A stretch of DNA of 20,000 bases from Batkoa obscura (lineage: Eukaryota), in assembly GCA_030770535.1 (NCBI GenBank), contig JASVEC010000013.1, forward strand, positions 1,164,206 to 1,184,205, given 5' to 3'. Both the position numbers and the translations under genes were made by a program. This document shows, piece after piece, positions 9,204 to 20,000 of the stretch (position 1 is the first letter of the stretch; each line of letters starts with the position of its first letter). Below the pieces are notes generated by a model. The model was not told where the DNA came from and searched no databases. It was given only the letters and a program-made list of their open reading frames with translations.

Positions 9204-9322
9204 AAACAACAGTACATACTATTCCCATATGGTCTCCCACTATAGTACTAAATATGCTGTACTTTGCTTAACTGCGCTGATCTGACGAGAAGCGGTGTTT
9301 TCAAAGTCATATGACCGTTGTA
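9204..9322 (-). rRNA. 5S rRNA (copy 2)
   Basis: Same sequence as copy 1, +495 bp. Confidence 0.96.
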
Positions 9323-9360
9323 CAATATTATAAAGGAGTGGGAACTATATAACTTTGATT

Positions 9361-9424
9361 ATTTTGAATAAAATTATTAAAAAAATACATTTTGAATAAA
9401 ATTATTAAAAAAATACATTTTGAA
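9361..9424. repeat. 28-bp spacer subrepeat (attttgaataaaattattaaaaaaatac) x2 plus a partial third; representative copy
   Basis: 9361-9388 and 9389-9416 are identical, then attttgaa. Only one full copy is present at 15301-15328. Confidence 0.95.
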
Positions 9425-9698
9425 AAATTGCAAACTTTAGAAATAAGAAATTTTTATTTTTAAATTTCTAATAAATACAATGTAGCTGTATTCTTATTGT
9501 TTTGTTTTTTAGTATTTTTAAAAATATTAATAAAATCAGTTTTTTTAATATTTATAATTAATTTTAACAAGCTAAATAATATTTTTAATATATCTAAAGC
9601 TTTATAAATCACCTTTAGATTAAGTATTTTATATAAAAAATCAATTTGACAGCTGTTATAATATTTTAAAGCAAAAACAAAAACAAAAACAAAAACAA

Positions 9699-9817
9699 AA
9701 ACAACAGTACATACTATTCCCATATGGTCTCCCACTATAGTACTAAATATGCTGTACTTTGCTTAACTGCGCTGATCTGACGAGAAGCGGTGTTTTCAAA
9801 GTCATATGACCGTTGTA
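9699..9817 (-). rRNA. 5S rRNA (copy 3)
   Basis: Same sequence as copy 1. Confidence 0.96.
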
Positions 9818-10193
9818 CAATATTATAAAGGAGTGGGAACTATATAACTTTGATTATTTTGAATAAAATTATTAAAAAAATACATTTTGAATAAAATTAT
9901 TAAAAAAATACATTTTGAAAAATTGCAAACTTTAGAAATAAGAAATTTTTATTTTTAAATTTCTAATAAATACAATGTAGCTGTATTCTTATTGTTTTGT
10001 TTTTTAGTATTTTTAAAAATATTAATAAAATCAGTTTTTTTAATATTTATAATTAATTTTAACAAGCTAAATAATATTTTTAATATATCTAAAGCTTTAT
10101 AAATCACCTTTAGATTAAGTATTTTATATAAAAAATCAATTTGACAGCTGTTATAATATTTTAAAGCAAAAACAAAAACAAAAACAAAAACAA

Positions 10194-10312
10194 AAACAAC
10201 AGTACATACTATTCCCATATGGTCTCCCACTATAGTACTAAATATGCTGTACTTTGCTTAACTGCGCTGATCTGACGAGAAGCGGTGTTTTCAAAGTCAT
10301 ATGACCGTTGTA
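10194..10312 (-). rRNA. 5S rRNA (copy 4)
   Basis: Same sequence as copy 1. Confidence 0.96.
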
Positions 10313-10688
10313 CAATATTATAAAGGAGTGGGAACTATATAACTTTGATTATTTTGAATAAAATTATTAAAAAAATACATTTTGAATAAAATTATTAAAA
10401 AAATACATTTTGAAAAATTGCAAACTTTAGAAATAAGAAATTTTTATTTTTAAATTTCTAATAAATACAATGTAGCTGTATTCTTATTGTTTTGTTTTTT
10501 AGTATTTTTAAAAATATTAATAAAATCAGTTTTTTTAATATTTATAATTAATTTTAACAAGCTAAATAATATTTTTAATATATCTAAAGCTTTATAAATC
10601 ACCTTTAGATTAAGTATTTTATATAAAAAATCAATTTGACAGCTGTTATAATATTTTAAAGCAAAAACAAAAACAAAAACAAAAACAA

Positions 10689-10807
10689 AAACAACAGTAC
10701 ATACTATTCCCATATGGTCTCCCACTATAGTACTAAATATGCTGTACTTTGCTTAACTGCGCTGATCTGACGAGAAGCGGTGTTTTCAAAGTCATATGAC
10801 CGTTGTA
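10689..10807 (-). rRNA. 5S rRNA (copy 5)
   Basis: Same sequence as copy 1. Confidence 0.96.
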
Positions 10808-11183
10808 CAATATTATAAAGGAGTGGGAACTATATAACTTTGATTATTTTGAATAAAATTATTAAAAAAATACATTTTGAATAAAATTATTAAAAAAATA
10901 CATTTTGAAAAATTGCAAACTTTAGAAATAAGAAATTTTTATTTTTAAATTTCTAATAAATACAATGTAGCTGTATTCTTATTGTTTTGTTTTTTAGTAT
11001 TTTTAAAAATATTAATAAAATCAGTTTTTTTAATATTTATAATTAATTTTAACAAGCTAAATAATATTTTTAATATATCTAAAGCTTTATAAATCACCTT
11101 TAGATTAAGTATTTTATATAAAAAATCAATTTGACAGCTGTTATAATATTTTAAAGCAAAAACAAAAACAAAAACAAAAACAA

Positions 11184-11302
11184 AAACAACAGTACATACT
11201 ATTCCCATATGGTCTCCCACTATAGTACTAAATATGCTGTACTTTGCTTAACTGCGCTGATCTGACGAGAAGCGGTGTTTTCAAAGTCATATGACCGTTG
11301 TA
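11184..11302 (-). rRNA. 5S rRNA (copy 6)
   Basis: Same sequence as copy 1. Confidence 0.96.
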
Positions 11303-11678
11303 CAATATTATAAAGGAGTGGGAACTATATAACTTTGATTATTTTGAATAAAATTATTAAAAAAATACATTTTGAATAAAATTATTAAAAAAATACATTT
11401 TGAAAAATTGCAAACTTTAGAAATAAGAAATTTTTATTTTTAAATTTCTAATAAATACAATGTAGCTGTATTCTTATTGTTTTGTTTTTTAGTATTTTTA
11501 AAAATATTAATAAAATCAGTTTTTTTAATATTTATAATTAATTTTAACAAGCTAAATAATATTTTTAATATATCTAAAGCTTTATAAATCACCTTTAGAT
11601 TAAGTATTTTATATAAAAAATCAATTTGACAGCTGTTATAATATTTTAAAGCAAAAACAAAAACAAAAACAAAAACAA

Positions 11679-11797
11679 AAACAACAGTACATACTATTCC
11701 CATATGGTCTCCCACTATAGTACTAAATATGCTGTACTTTGCTTAACTGCGCTGATCTGACGAGAAGCGGTGTTTTCAAAGTCATATGACCGTTGTA
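11679..11797 (-). rRNA. 5S rRNA (copy 7)
   Basis: Same sequence as copy 1. Confidence 0.96.
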
Positions 11798-12173
11798 CAA
11801 TATTATAAAGGAGTGGGAACTATATAACTTTGATTATTTTGAATAAAATTATTAAAAAAATACATTTTGAATAAAATTATTAAAAAAATACATTTTGAAA
11901 AATTGCAAACTTTAGAAATAAGAAATTTTTATTTTTAAATTTCTAATAAATACAATGTAGCTGTATTCTTATTGTTTTGTTTTTTAGTATTTTTAAAAAT
12001 ATTAATAAAATCAGTTTTTTTAATATTTATAATTAATTTTAACAAGCTAAATAATATTTTTAATATATCTAAAGCTTTATAAATCACCTTTAGATTAAGT
12101 ATTTTATATAAAAAATCAATTTGACAGCTGTTATAATATTTTAAAGCAAAAACAAAAACAAAAACAAAAACAA

Positions 12174-12292
12174 AAACAACAGTACATACTATTCCCATAT
12201 GGTCTCCCACTATAGTACTAAATATGCTGTACTTTGCTTAACTGCGCTGATCTGACGAGAAGCGGTGTTTTCAAAGTCATATGACCGTTGTA
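12174..12292 (-). rRNA. 5S rRNA (copy 8)
   Basis: Same sequence as copy 1. Confidence 0.96.
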
Positions 12293-12668
12293 CAATATTA
12301 TAAAGGAGTGGGAACTATATAACTTTGATTATTTTGAATAAAATTATTAAAAAAATACATTTTGAATAAAATTATTAAAAAAATACATTTTGAAAAATTG
12401 CAAACTTTAGAAATAAGAAATTTTTATTTTTAAATTTCTAATAAATACAATGTAGCTGTATTCTTATTGTTTTGTTTTTTAGTATTTTTAAAAATATTAA
12501 TAAAATCAGTTTTTTTAATATTTATAATTAATTTTAACAAGCTAAATAATATTTTTAATATATCTAAAGCTTTATAAATCACCTTTAGATTAAGTATTTT
12601 ATATAAAAAATCAATTTGACAGCTGTTATAATATTTTAAAGCAAAAACAAAAACAAAAACAAAAACAA

Positions 12669-12787
12669 AAACAACAGTACATACTATTCCCATATGGTCT
12701 CCCACTATAGTACTAAATATGCTGTACTTTGCTTAACTGCGCTGATCTGACGAGAAGCGGTGTTTTCAAAGTCATATGACCGTTGTA
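12669..12787 (-). rRNA. 5S rRNA (copy 9)
   Basis: Same sequence as copy 1. Confidence 0.96.
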
Positions 12788-13163
12788 CAATATTATAAAG
12801 GAGTGGGAACTATATAACTTTGATTATTTTGAATAAAATTATTAAAAAAATACATTTTGAATAAAATTATTAAAAAAATACATTTTGAAAAATTGCAAAC
12901 TTTAGAAATAAGAAATTTTTATTTTTAAATTTCTAATAAATACAATGTAGCTGTATTCTTATTGTTTTGTTTTTTAGTATTTTTAAAAATATTAATAAAA
13001 TCAGTTTTTTTAATATTTATAATTAATTTTAACAAGCTAAATAATATTTTTAATATATCTAAAGCTTTATAAATCACCTTTAGATTAAGTATTTTATATA
13101 AAAAATCAATTTGACAGCTGTTATAATATTTTAAAGCAAAAACAAAAACAAAAACAAAAACAA

Positions 13164-13282
13164 AAACAACAGTACATACTATTCCCATATGGTCTCCCAC
13201 TATAGTACTAAATATGCTGTACTTTGCTTAACTGCGCTGATCTGACGAGAAGCGGTGTTTTCAAAGTCATATGACCGTTGTA
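13164..13282 (-). rRNA. 5S rRNA (copy 10)
   Basis: Same sequence as copy 1. Confidence 0.96.
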
Positions 13283-13658
13283 CAATATTATAAAGGAGTG
13301 GGAACTATATAACTTTGATTATTTTGAATAAAATTATTAAAAAAATACATTTTGAATAAAATTATTAAAAAAATACATTTTGAAAAATTGCAAACTTTAG
13401 AAATAAGAAATTTTTATTTTTAAATTTCTAATAAATACAATGTAGCTGTATTCTTATTGTTTTGTTTTTTAGTATTTTTAAAAATATTAATAAAATCAGT
13501 TTTTTTAATATTTATAATTAATTTTAACAAGCTAAATAATATTTTTAATATATCTAAAGCTTTATAAATCACCTTTAGATTAAGTATTTTATATAAAAAA
13601 TCAATTTGACAGCTGTTATAATATTTTAAAGCAAAAACAAAAACAAAAACAAAAACAA

Positions 13659-13777
13659 AAACAACAGTACATACTATTCCCATATGGTCTCCCACTATAG
13701 TACTAAATATGCTGTACTTTGCTTAACTGCGCTGATCTGACGAGAAGCGGTGTTTTCAAAGTCATATGACCGTTGTA
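13659..13777 (-). rRNA. 5S rRNA (copy 11)
   Basis: Same sequence as copy 1. Confidence 0.96.
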
Positions 13778-14153
13778 CAATATTATAAAGGAGTGGGAAC
13801 TATATAACTTTGATTATTTTGAATAAAATTATTAAAAAAATACATTTTGAATAAAATTATTAAAAAAATACATTTTGAAAAATTGCAAACTTTAGAAATA
13901 AGAAATTTTTATTTTTAAATTTCTAATAAATACAATGTAGCTGTATTCTTATTGTTTTGTTTTTTAGTATTTTTAAAAATATTAATAAAATCAGTTTTTT
14001 TAATATTTATAATTAATTTTAACAAGCTAAATAATATTTTTAATATATCTAAAGCTTTATAAATCACCTTTAGATTAAGTATTTTATATAAAAAATCAAT
14101 TTGACAGCTGTTATAATATTTTAAAGCAAAAACAAAAACAAAAACAAAAACAA

Positions 14154-14272
14154 AAACAACAGTACATACTATTCCCATATGGTCTCCCACTATAGTACTA
14201 AATATGCTGTACTTTGCTTAACTGCGCTGATCTGACGAGAAGCGGTGTTTTCAAAGTCATATGACCGTTGTA
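14154..14272 (-). rRNA. 5S rRNA (copy 12)
   Basis: Same sequence as copy 1. Confidence 0.96.
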
Positions 14273-14648
14273 CAATATTATAAAGGAGTGGGAACTATAT
14301 AACTTTGATTATTTTGAATAAAATTATTAAAAAAATACATTTTGAATAAAATTATTAAAAAAATACATTTTGAAAAATTGCAAACTTTAGAAATAAGAAA
14401 TTTTTATTTTTAAATTTCTAATAAATACAATGTAGCTGTATTCTTATTGTTTTGTTTTTTAGTATTTTTAAAAATATTAATAAAATCAGTTTTTTTAATA
14501 TTTATAATTAATTTTAACAAGCTAAATAATATTTTTAATATATCTAAAGCTTTATAAATCACCTTTAGATTAAGTATTTTATATAAAAAATCAATTTGAC
14601 AGCTGTTATAATATTTTAAAGCAAAAACAAAAACAAAAACAAAAACAA

Positions 14649-14767
14649 AAACAACAGTACATACTATTCCCATATGGTCTCCCACTATAGTACTAAATAT
14701 GCTGTACTTTGCTTAACTGCGCTGATCTGACGAGAAGCGGTGTTTTCAAAGTCATATGACCGTTGTA
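14649..14767 (-). rRNA. 5S rRNA (copy 13)
   Basis: Same sequence as copy 1. Confidence 0.96.
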
Positions 14768-15143
14768 CAATATTATAAAGGAGTGGGAACTATATAACTT
14801 TGATTATTTTGAATAAAATTATTAAAAAAATACATTTTGAATAAAATTATTAAAAAAATACATTTTGAAAAATTGCAAACTTTAGAAATAAGAAATTTTT
14901 ATTTTTAAATTTCTAATAAATACAATGTAGCTGTATTCTTATTGTTTTGTTTTTTAGTATTTTTAAAAATATTAATAAAATCAGTTTTTTTAATATTTAT
15001 AATTAATTTTAACAAGCTAAATAATATTTTTAATATATCTAAAGCTTTATAAATCACCTTTAGATTAAGTATTTTATATAAAAAATCAATTTGACAGCTG
15101 TTATAATATTTTAAAGCAAAAACAAAAACAAAAACAAAAACAA

Positions 15144-15262
15144 AAACAACAGTACATACTATTCCCATATGGTCTCCCACTATAGTACTAAATATGCTGT
15201 ACTTTGCTTAACTGCGCTGATCTGACGAGAAGCGGTGTTTTCAAAGTCATATGACCGTTGTA
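15144..15262 (-). rRNA. 5S rRNA (copy 14; its upstream spacer lacks one 28-bp subrepeat)
   Basis: Same sequence as copy 1. Confidence 0.96.
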
Positions 15263-15610
15263 CAATATTATAAAGGAGTGGGAACTATATAACTTTGATT
15301 ATTTTGAATAAAATTATTAAAAAAATACATTTTGAAAAATTGCAAACTTTAGAAATAAGAAATTTTTATTTTTAAATTTCTAATAAATACAATGTAGCTG
15401 TATTCTTATTGTTTTGTTTTTTAGTATTTTTAAAAATATTAATAAAATCAGTTTTTTTAATATTTATAATTAATTTTAACAAGCTAAATAATATTTTTAA
15501 TATATCTAAAGCTTTATAAATCACCTTTAGATTAAGTATTTTATATAAAAAATCAATTTGACAGCTGTTATAATATTTTAAAGCAAAAACAAAAACAAAA
15601 ACAAAAACAA

Positions 15611-15729
15611 AAACAACAGTACATACTATTCCCATATGGTCTCCCACTATAGTACTAAATATGCTGTACTTTGCTTAACTGCGCTGATCTGACGAGAAGC
15701 GGTGTTTTCAAAGTCATATGACCGTTGTA
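15611..15729 (-). rRNA. 5S rRNA (copy 15)
   Basis: Same sequence as copy 1, +467 bp from copy 14. Confidence 0.96.
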
Positions 15730-16105
15730 CAATATTATAAAGGAGTGGGAACTATATAACTTTGATTATTTTGAATAAAATTATTAAAAAAATACATTTT
15801 GAATAAAATTATTAAAAAAATACATTTTGAAAAATTGCAAACTTTAGAAATAAGAAATTTTTATTTTTAAATTTCTAATAAATACAATGTAGCTGTATTC
15901 TTATTGTTTTGTTTTTTAGTATTTTTAAAAATATTAATAAAATCAGTTTTTTTAATATTTATAATTAATTTTAACAAGCTAAATAATATTTTTAATATAT
16001 CTAAAGCTTTATAAATCACCTTTAGATTAAGTATTTTATATAAAAAATCAATTTGACAGCTGTTATAATATTTTAAAGCAAAAACAAAAACAAAAACAAA
16101 AACAA

Positions 16106-16224
16106 AAACAACAGTACATACTATTCCCATATGGTCTCCCACTATAGTACTAAATATGCTGTACTTTGCTTAACTGCGCTGATCTGACGAGAAGCGGTGT
16201 TTTCAAAGTCATATGACCGTTGTA
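16106..16224 (-). rRNA. 5S rRNA (copy 16)
   Basis: Same sequence as copy 1. Confidence 0.96.
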
Positions 16225-16600
16225 CAATATTATAAAGGAGTGGGAACTATATAACTTTGATTATTTTGAATAAAATTATTAAAAAAATACATTTTGAATA
16301 AAATTATTAAAAAAATACATTTTGAAAAATTGCAAACTTTAGAAATAAGAAATTTTTATTTTTAAATTTCTAATAAATACAATGTAGCTGTATTCTTATT
16401 GTTTTGTTTTTTAGTATTTTTAAAAATATTAATAAAATCAGTTTTTTTAATATTTATAATTAATTTTAACAAGCTAAATAATATTTTTAATATATCTAAA
16501 GCTTTATAAATCACCTTTAGATTAAGTATTTTATATAAAAAATCAATTTGACAGCTGTTATAATATTTTAAAGCAAAAACAAAAACAAAAACAAAAACAA

Positions 16601-16719
16601 AAACAACAGTACATACTATTCCCATATGGTCTCCCACTATAGTACTAAATATGCTGTACTTTGCTTAACTGCGCTGATCTGACGAGAAGCGGTGTTTTCA
16701 AAGTCATATGACCGTTGTA
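16601..16719 (-). rRNA. 5S rRNA (copy 17)
   Basis: Same sequence as copy 1. Confidence 0.96.
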
Positions 16720-17095
16720 CAATATTATAAAGGAGTGGGAACTATATAACTTTGATTATTTTGAATAAAATTATTAAAAAAATACATTTTGAATAAAATT
16801 ATTAAAAAAATACATTTTGAAAAATTGCAAACTTTAGAAATAAGAAATTTTTATTTTTAAATTTCTAATAAATACAATGTAGCTGTATTCTTATTGTTTT
16901 GTTTTTTAGTATTTTTAAAAATATTAATAAAATCAGTTTTTTTAATATTTATAATTAATTTTAACAAGCTAAATAATATTTTTAATATATCTAAAGCTTT
17001 ATAAATCACCTTTAGATTAAGTATTTTATATAAAAAATCAATTTGACAGCTGTTATAATATTTTAAAGCAAAAACAAAAACAAAAACAAAAACAA

Positions 17096-17214
17096 AAACA
17101 ACAGTACATACTATTCCCATATGGTCTCCCACTATAGTACTAAATATGCTGTACTTTGCTTAACTGCGCTGATCTGACGAGAAGCGGTGTTTTCAAAGTC
17201 ATATGACCGTTGTA
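17096..17214 (-). rRNA. 5S rRNA (copy 18)
   Basis: Same sequence as copy 1. Confidence 0.96.
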
Positions 17215-17590
17215 CAATATTATAAAGGAGTGGGAACTATATAACTTTGATTATTTTGAATAAAATTATTAAAAAAATACATTTTGAATAAAATTATTAA
17301 AAAAATACATTTTGAAAAATTGCAAACTTTAGAAATAAGAAATTTTTATTTTTAAATTTCTAATAAATACAATGTAGCTGTATTCTTATTGTTTTGTTTT
17401 TTAGTATTTTTAAAAATATTAATAAAATCAGTTTTTTTAATATTTATAATTAATTTTAACAAGCTAAATAATATTTTTAATATATCTAAAGCTTTATAAA
17501 TCACCTTTAGATTAAGTATTTTATATAAAAAATCAATTTGACAGCTGTTATAATATTTTAAAGCAAAAACAAAAACAAAAACAAAAACAA

Positions 17591-17709
17591 AAACAACAGT
17601 ACATACTATTCCCATATGGTCTCCCACTATAGTACTAAATATGCTGTACTTTGCTTAACTGCGCTGATCTGACGAGAAGCGGTGTTTTCAAAGTCATATG
17701 ACCGTTGTA
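17591..17709 (-). rRNA. 5S rRNA (copy 19)
   Basis: Same sequence as copy 1. Confidence 0.96.
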
Positions 17710-18085
17710 CAATATTATAAAGGAGTGGGAACTATATAACTTTGATTATTTTGAATAAAATTATTAAAAAAATACATTTTGAATAAAATTATTAAAAAAA
17801 TACATTTTGAAAAATTGCAAACTTTAGAAATAAGAAATTTTTATTTTTAAATTTCTAATAAATACAATGTAGCTGTATTCTTATTGTTTTGTTTTTTAGT
17901 ATTTTTAAAAATATTAATAAAATCAGTTTTTTTAATATTTATAATTAATTTTAACAAGCTAAATAATATTTTTAATATATCTAAAGCTTTATAAATCACC
18001 TTTAGATTAAGTATTTTATATAAAAAATCAATTTGACAGCTGTTATAATATTTTAAAGCAAAAACAAAAACAAAAACAAAAACAA

Positions 18086-18204
18086 AAACAACAGTACATA
18101 CTATTCCCATATGGTCTCCCACTATAGTACTAAATATGCTGTACTTTGCTTAACTGCGCTGATCTGACGAGAAGCGGTGTTTTCAAAGTCATATGACCGT
18201 TGTA
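18086..18204 (-). rRNA. 5S rRNA (copy 20)
   Basis: Same sequence as copy 1. Confidence 0.96.
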
Positions 18205-18580
18205 CAATATTATAAAGGAGTGGGAACTATATAACTTTGATTATTTTGAATAAAATTATTAAAAAAATACATTTTGAATAAAATTATTAAAAAAATACAT
18301 TTTGAAAAATTGCAAACTTTAGAAATAAGAAATTTTTATTTTTAAATTTCTAATAAATACAATGTAGCTGTATTCTTATTGTTTTGTTTTTTAGTATTTT
18401 TAAAAATATTAATAAAATCAGTTTTTTTAATATTTATAATTAATTTTAACAAGCTAAATAATATTTTTAATATATCTAAAGCTTTATAAATCACCTTTAG
18501 ATTAAGTATTTTATATAAAAAATCAATTTGACAGCTGTTATAATATTTTAAAGCAAAAACAAAAACAAAAACAAAAACAA

Positions 18581-18699
18581 AAACAACAGTACATACTATT
18601 CCCATATGGTCTCCCACTATAGTACTAAATATGCTGTACTTTGCTTAACTGCGCTGATCTGACGAGAAGCGGTGTTTTCAAAGTCATATGACCGTTGTA
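18581..18699 (-). rRNA. 5S rRNA (copy 21)
   Basis: Same sequence as copy 1. Confidence 0.96.
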
Positions 18700-19075
18700 C
18701 AATATTATAAAGGAGTGGGAACTATATAACTTTGATTATTTTGAATAAAATTATTAAAAAAATACATTTTGAATAAAATTATTAAAAAAATACATTTTGA
18801 AAAATTGCAAACTTTAGAAATAAGAAATTTTTATTTTTAAATTTCTAATAAATACAATGTAGCTGTATTCTTATTGTTTTGTTTTTTAGTATTTTTAAAA
18901 ATATTAATAAAATCAGTTTTTTTAATATTTATAATTAATTTTAACAAGCTAAATAATATTTTTAATATATCTAAAGCTTTATAAATCACCTTTAGATTAA
19001 GTATTTTATATAAAAAATCAATTTGACAGCTGTTATAATATTTTAAAGCAAAAACAAAAACAAAAACAAAAACAA

Positions 19076-19194
19076 AAACAACAGTACATACTATTCCCAT
19101 ATGGTCTCCCACTATAGTACTAAATATGCTGTACTTTGCTTAACTGCGCTGATCTGACGAGAAGCGGTGTTTTCAAAGTCATATGACCGTTGTA
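19076..19194 (-). rRNA. 5S rRNA (copy 22)
   Basis: Same sequence as copy 1. Confidence 0.96.
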
Positions 19195-19570
19195 CAATAT
19201 TATAAAGGAGTGGGAACTATATAACTTTGATTATTTTGAATAAAATTATTAAAAAAATACATTTTGAATAAAATTATTAAAAAAATACATTTTGAAAAAT
19301 TGCAAACTTTAGAAATAAGAAATTTTTATTTTTAAATTTCTAATAAATACAATGTAGCTGTATTCTTATTGTTTTGTTTTTTAGTATTTTTAAAAATATT
19401 AATAAAATCAGTTTTTTTAATATTTATAATTAATTTTAACAAGCTAAATAATATTTTTAATATATCTAAAGCTTTATAAATCACCTTTAGATTAAGTATT
19501 TTATATAAAAAATCAATTTGACAGCTGTTATAATATTTTAAAGCAAAAACAAAAACAAAAACAAAAACAA

Positions 19571-19689
19571 AAACAACAGTACATACTATTCCCATATGGT
19601 CTCCCACTATAGTACTAAATATGCTGTACTTTGCTTAACTGCGCTGATCTGACGAGAAGCGGTGTTTTCAAAGTCATATGACCGTTGTA
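19571..19689 (-). rRNA. 5S rRNA (copy 23)
   Basis: Same sequence as copy 1. Confidence 0.96.
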
Positions 19690-20000
19690 CAATATTATAA
19701 AGGAGTGGGAACTATATAACTTTGATTATTTTGAATAAAATTATTAAAAAAAATACATTTTGAATAAAATTATTAAAAAAATACATTTTGAAAAATTGCA
19801 AACTTTAGAAATAAGAAATTTTTATTTTTAAATTTCTAATAAATACAATGTAGCTGTATTCTTATTGTTTTGTTTTTTAGTATTTTTTAAAATATTAATA
19901 AAATCAGTTTTTTTAATATTTATAATTAATTTTAACAAGCTAAATAATATTTTTAATATATCTAAAGCTTTATAAATCACCTTTAGATTAAGTATTTTAA

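Larger units (their letters stand above)
8549..20000 (-). repeat. Tandem array of 5S rDNA units (495-bp period, one 467-bp variant unit), 23 complete genes, running to the window edge
   Basis: Identical sequence recurs every 495 bp (ORF-track ends 9240, 9735 ... 15180, then 15647 = +467, then +495 to 19607). Homology to the unit starts at about 8549 (taatatttataattaattttaacaagc). No 18S/5.8S/28S sequence is present in the unit. Confidence 0.98.

Noticed and set aside
8965..19607. 22 identical 91-aa ORFs (MGDHMGIVCTVVFVFVFVFVF...) that resemble a small membrane or secreted protein array
   Set aside because: They start at a GTG inside the 5S gene, the VF repeat is simply the (TTTTTG)n terminator, and the rest is AT-rich spacer. 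The edge unit carries a +1 frameshift.
8549..20000. CRISPR-like regular repeat array
   Set aside because: Whole units including the spacers are identical, the period is 495 bp, there are no cas genes, and the conserved core is 5S rRNA.

Overview
Very AT-rich, almost certainly eukaryotic DNA with no intact protein-coding gene. The right 57% (about 8549-20000) is a head-to-tail tandem array of a 495-bp unit. Each unit carries one minus-strand eukaryotic 5S rRNA gene (23 complete copies) with a TATATA element at -29..-24 and a (TTTTTG)5 terminator cascade. The 22 identical 91-aa ORFs are a by-product of this repeat. Left of the array (about 4800-8315) is a nest of DNA-transposon relics. One is a frameshifted Sola2-like transposase pseudogene (minus strand, about 6800-8145; motifs TDLCNMC, ILDFKQN, WTDTGYHF, HHGKSIVDGHFG). 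Another is an internally deleted second copy in inverted orientation (about 4857-6081). A family of ~100-bp GGGG...CCCC MITEs inserts at ATAT, and the 4-bp duplication is supported by two filled/empty site pairs inside the window. The two transposon copies differ almost only by transitions, whereas the adjacent 5S array is nearly invariant. Positions 1-4800 are mostly degenerate AT-rich sequence with two more MITE copies and a few hairpins. The host looks like an early-diverging fungus or protist, but this is inference only.
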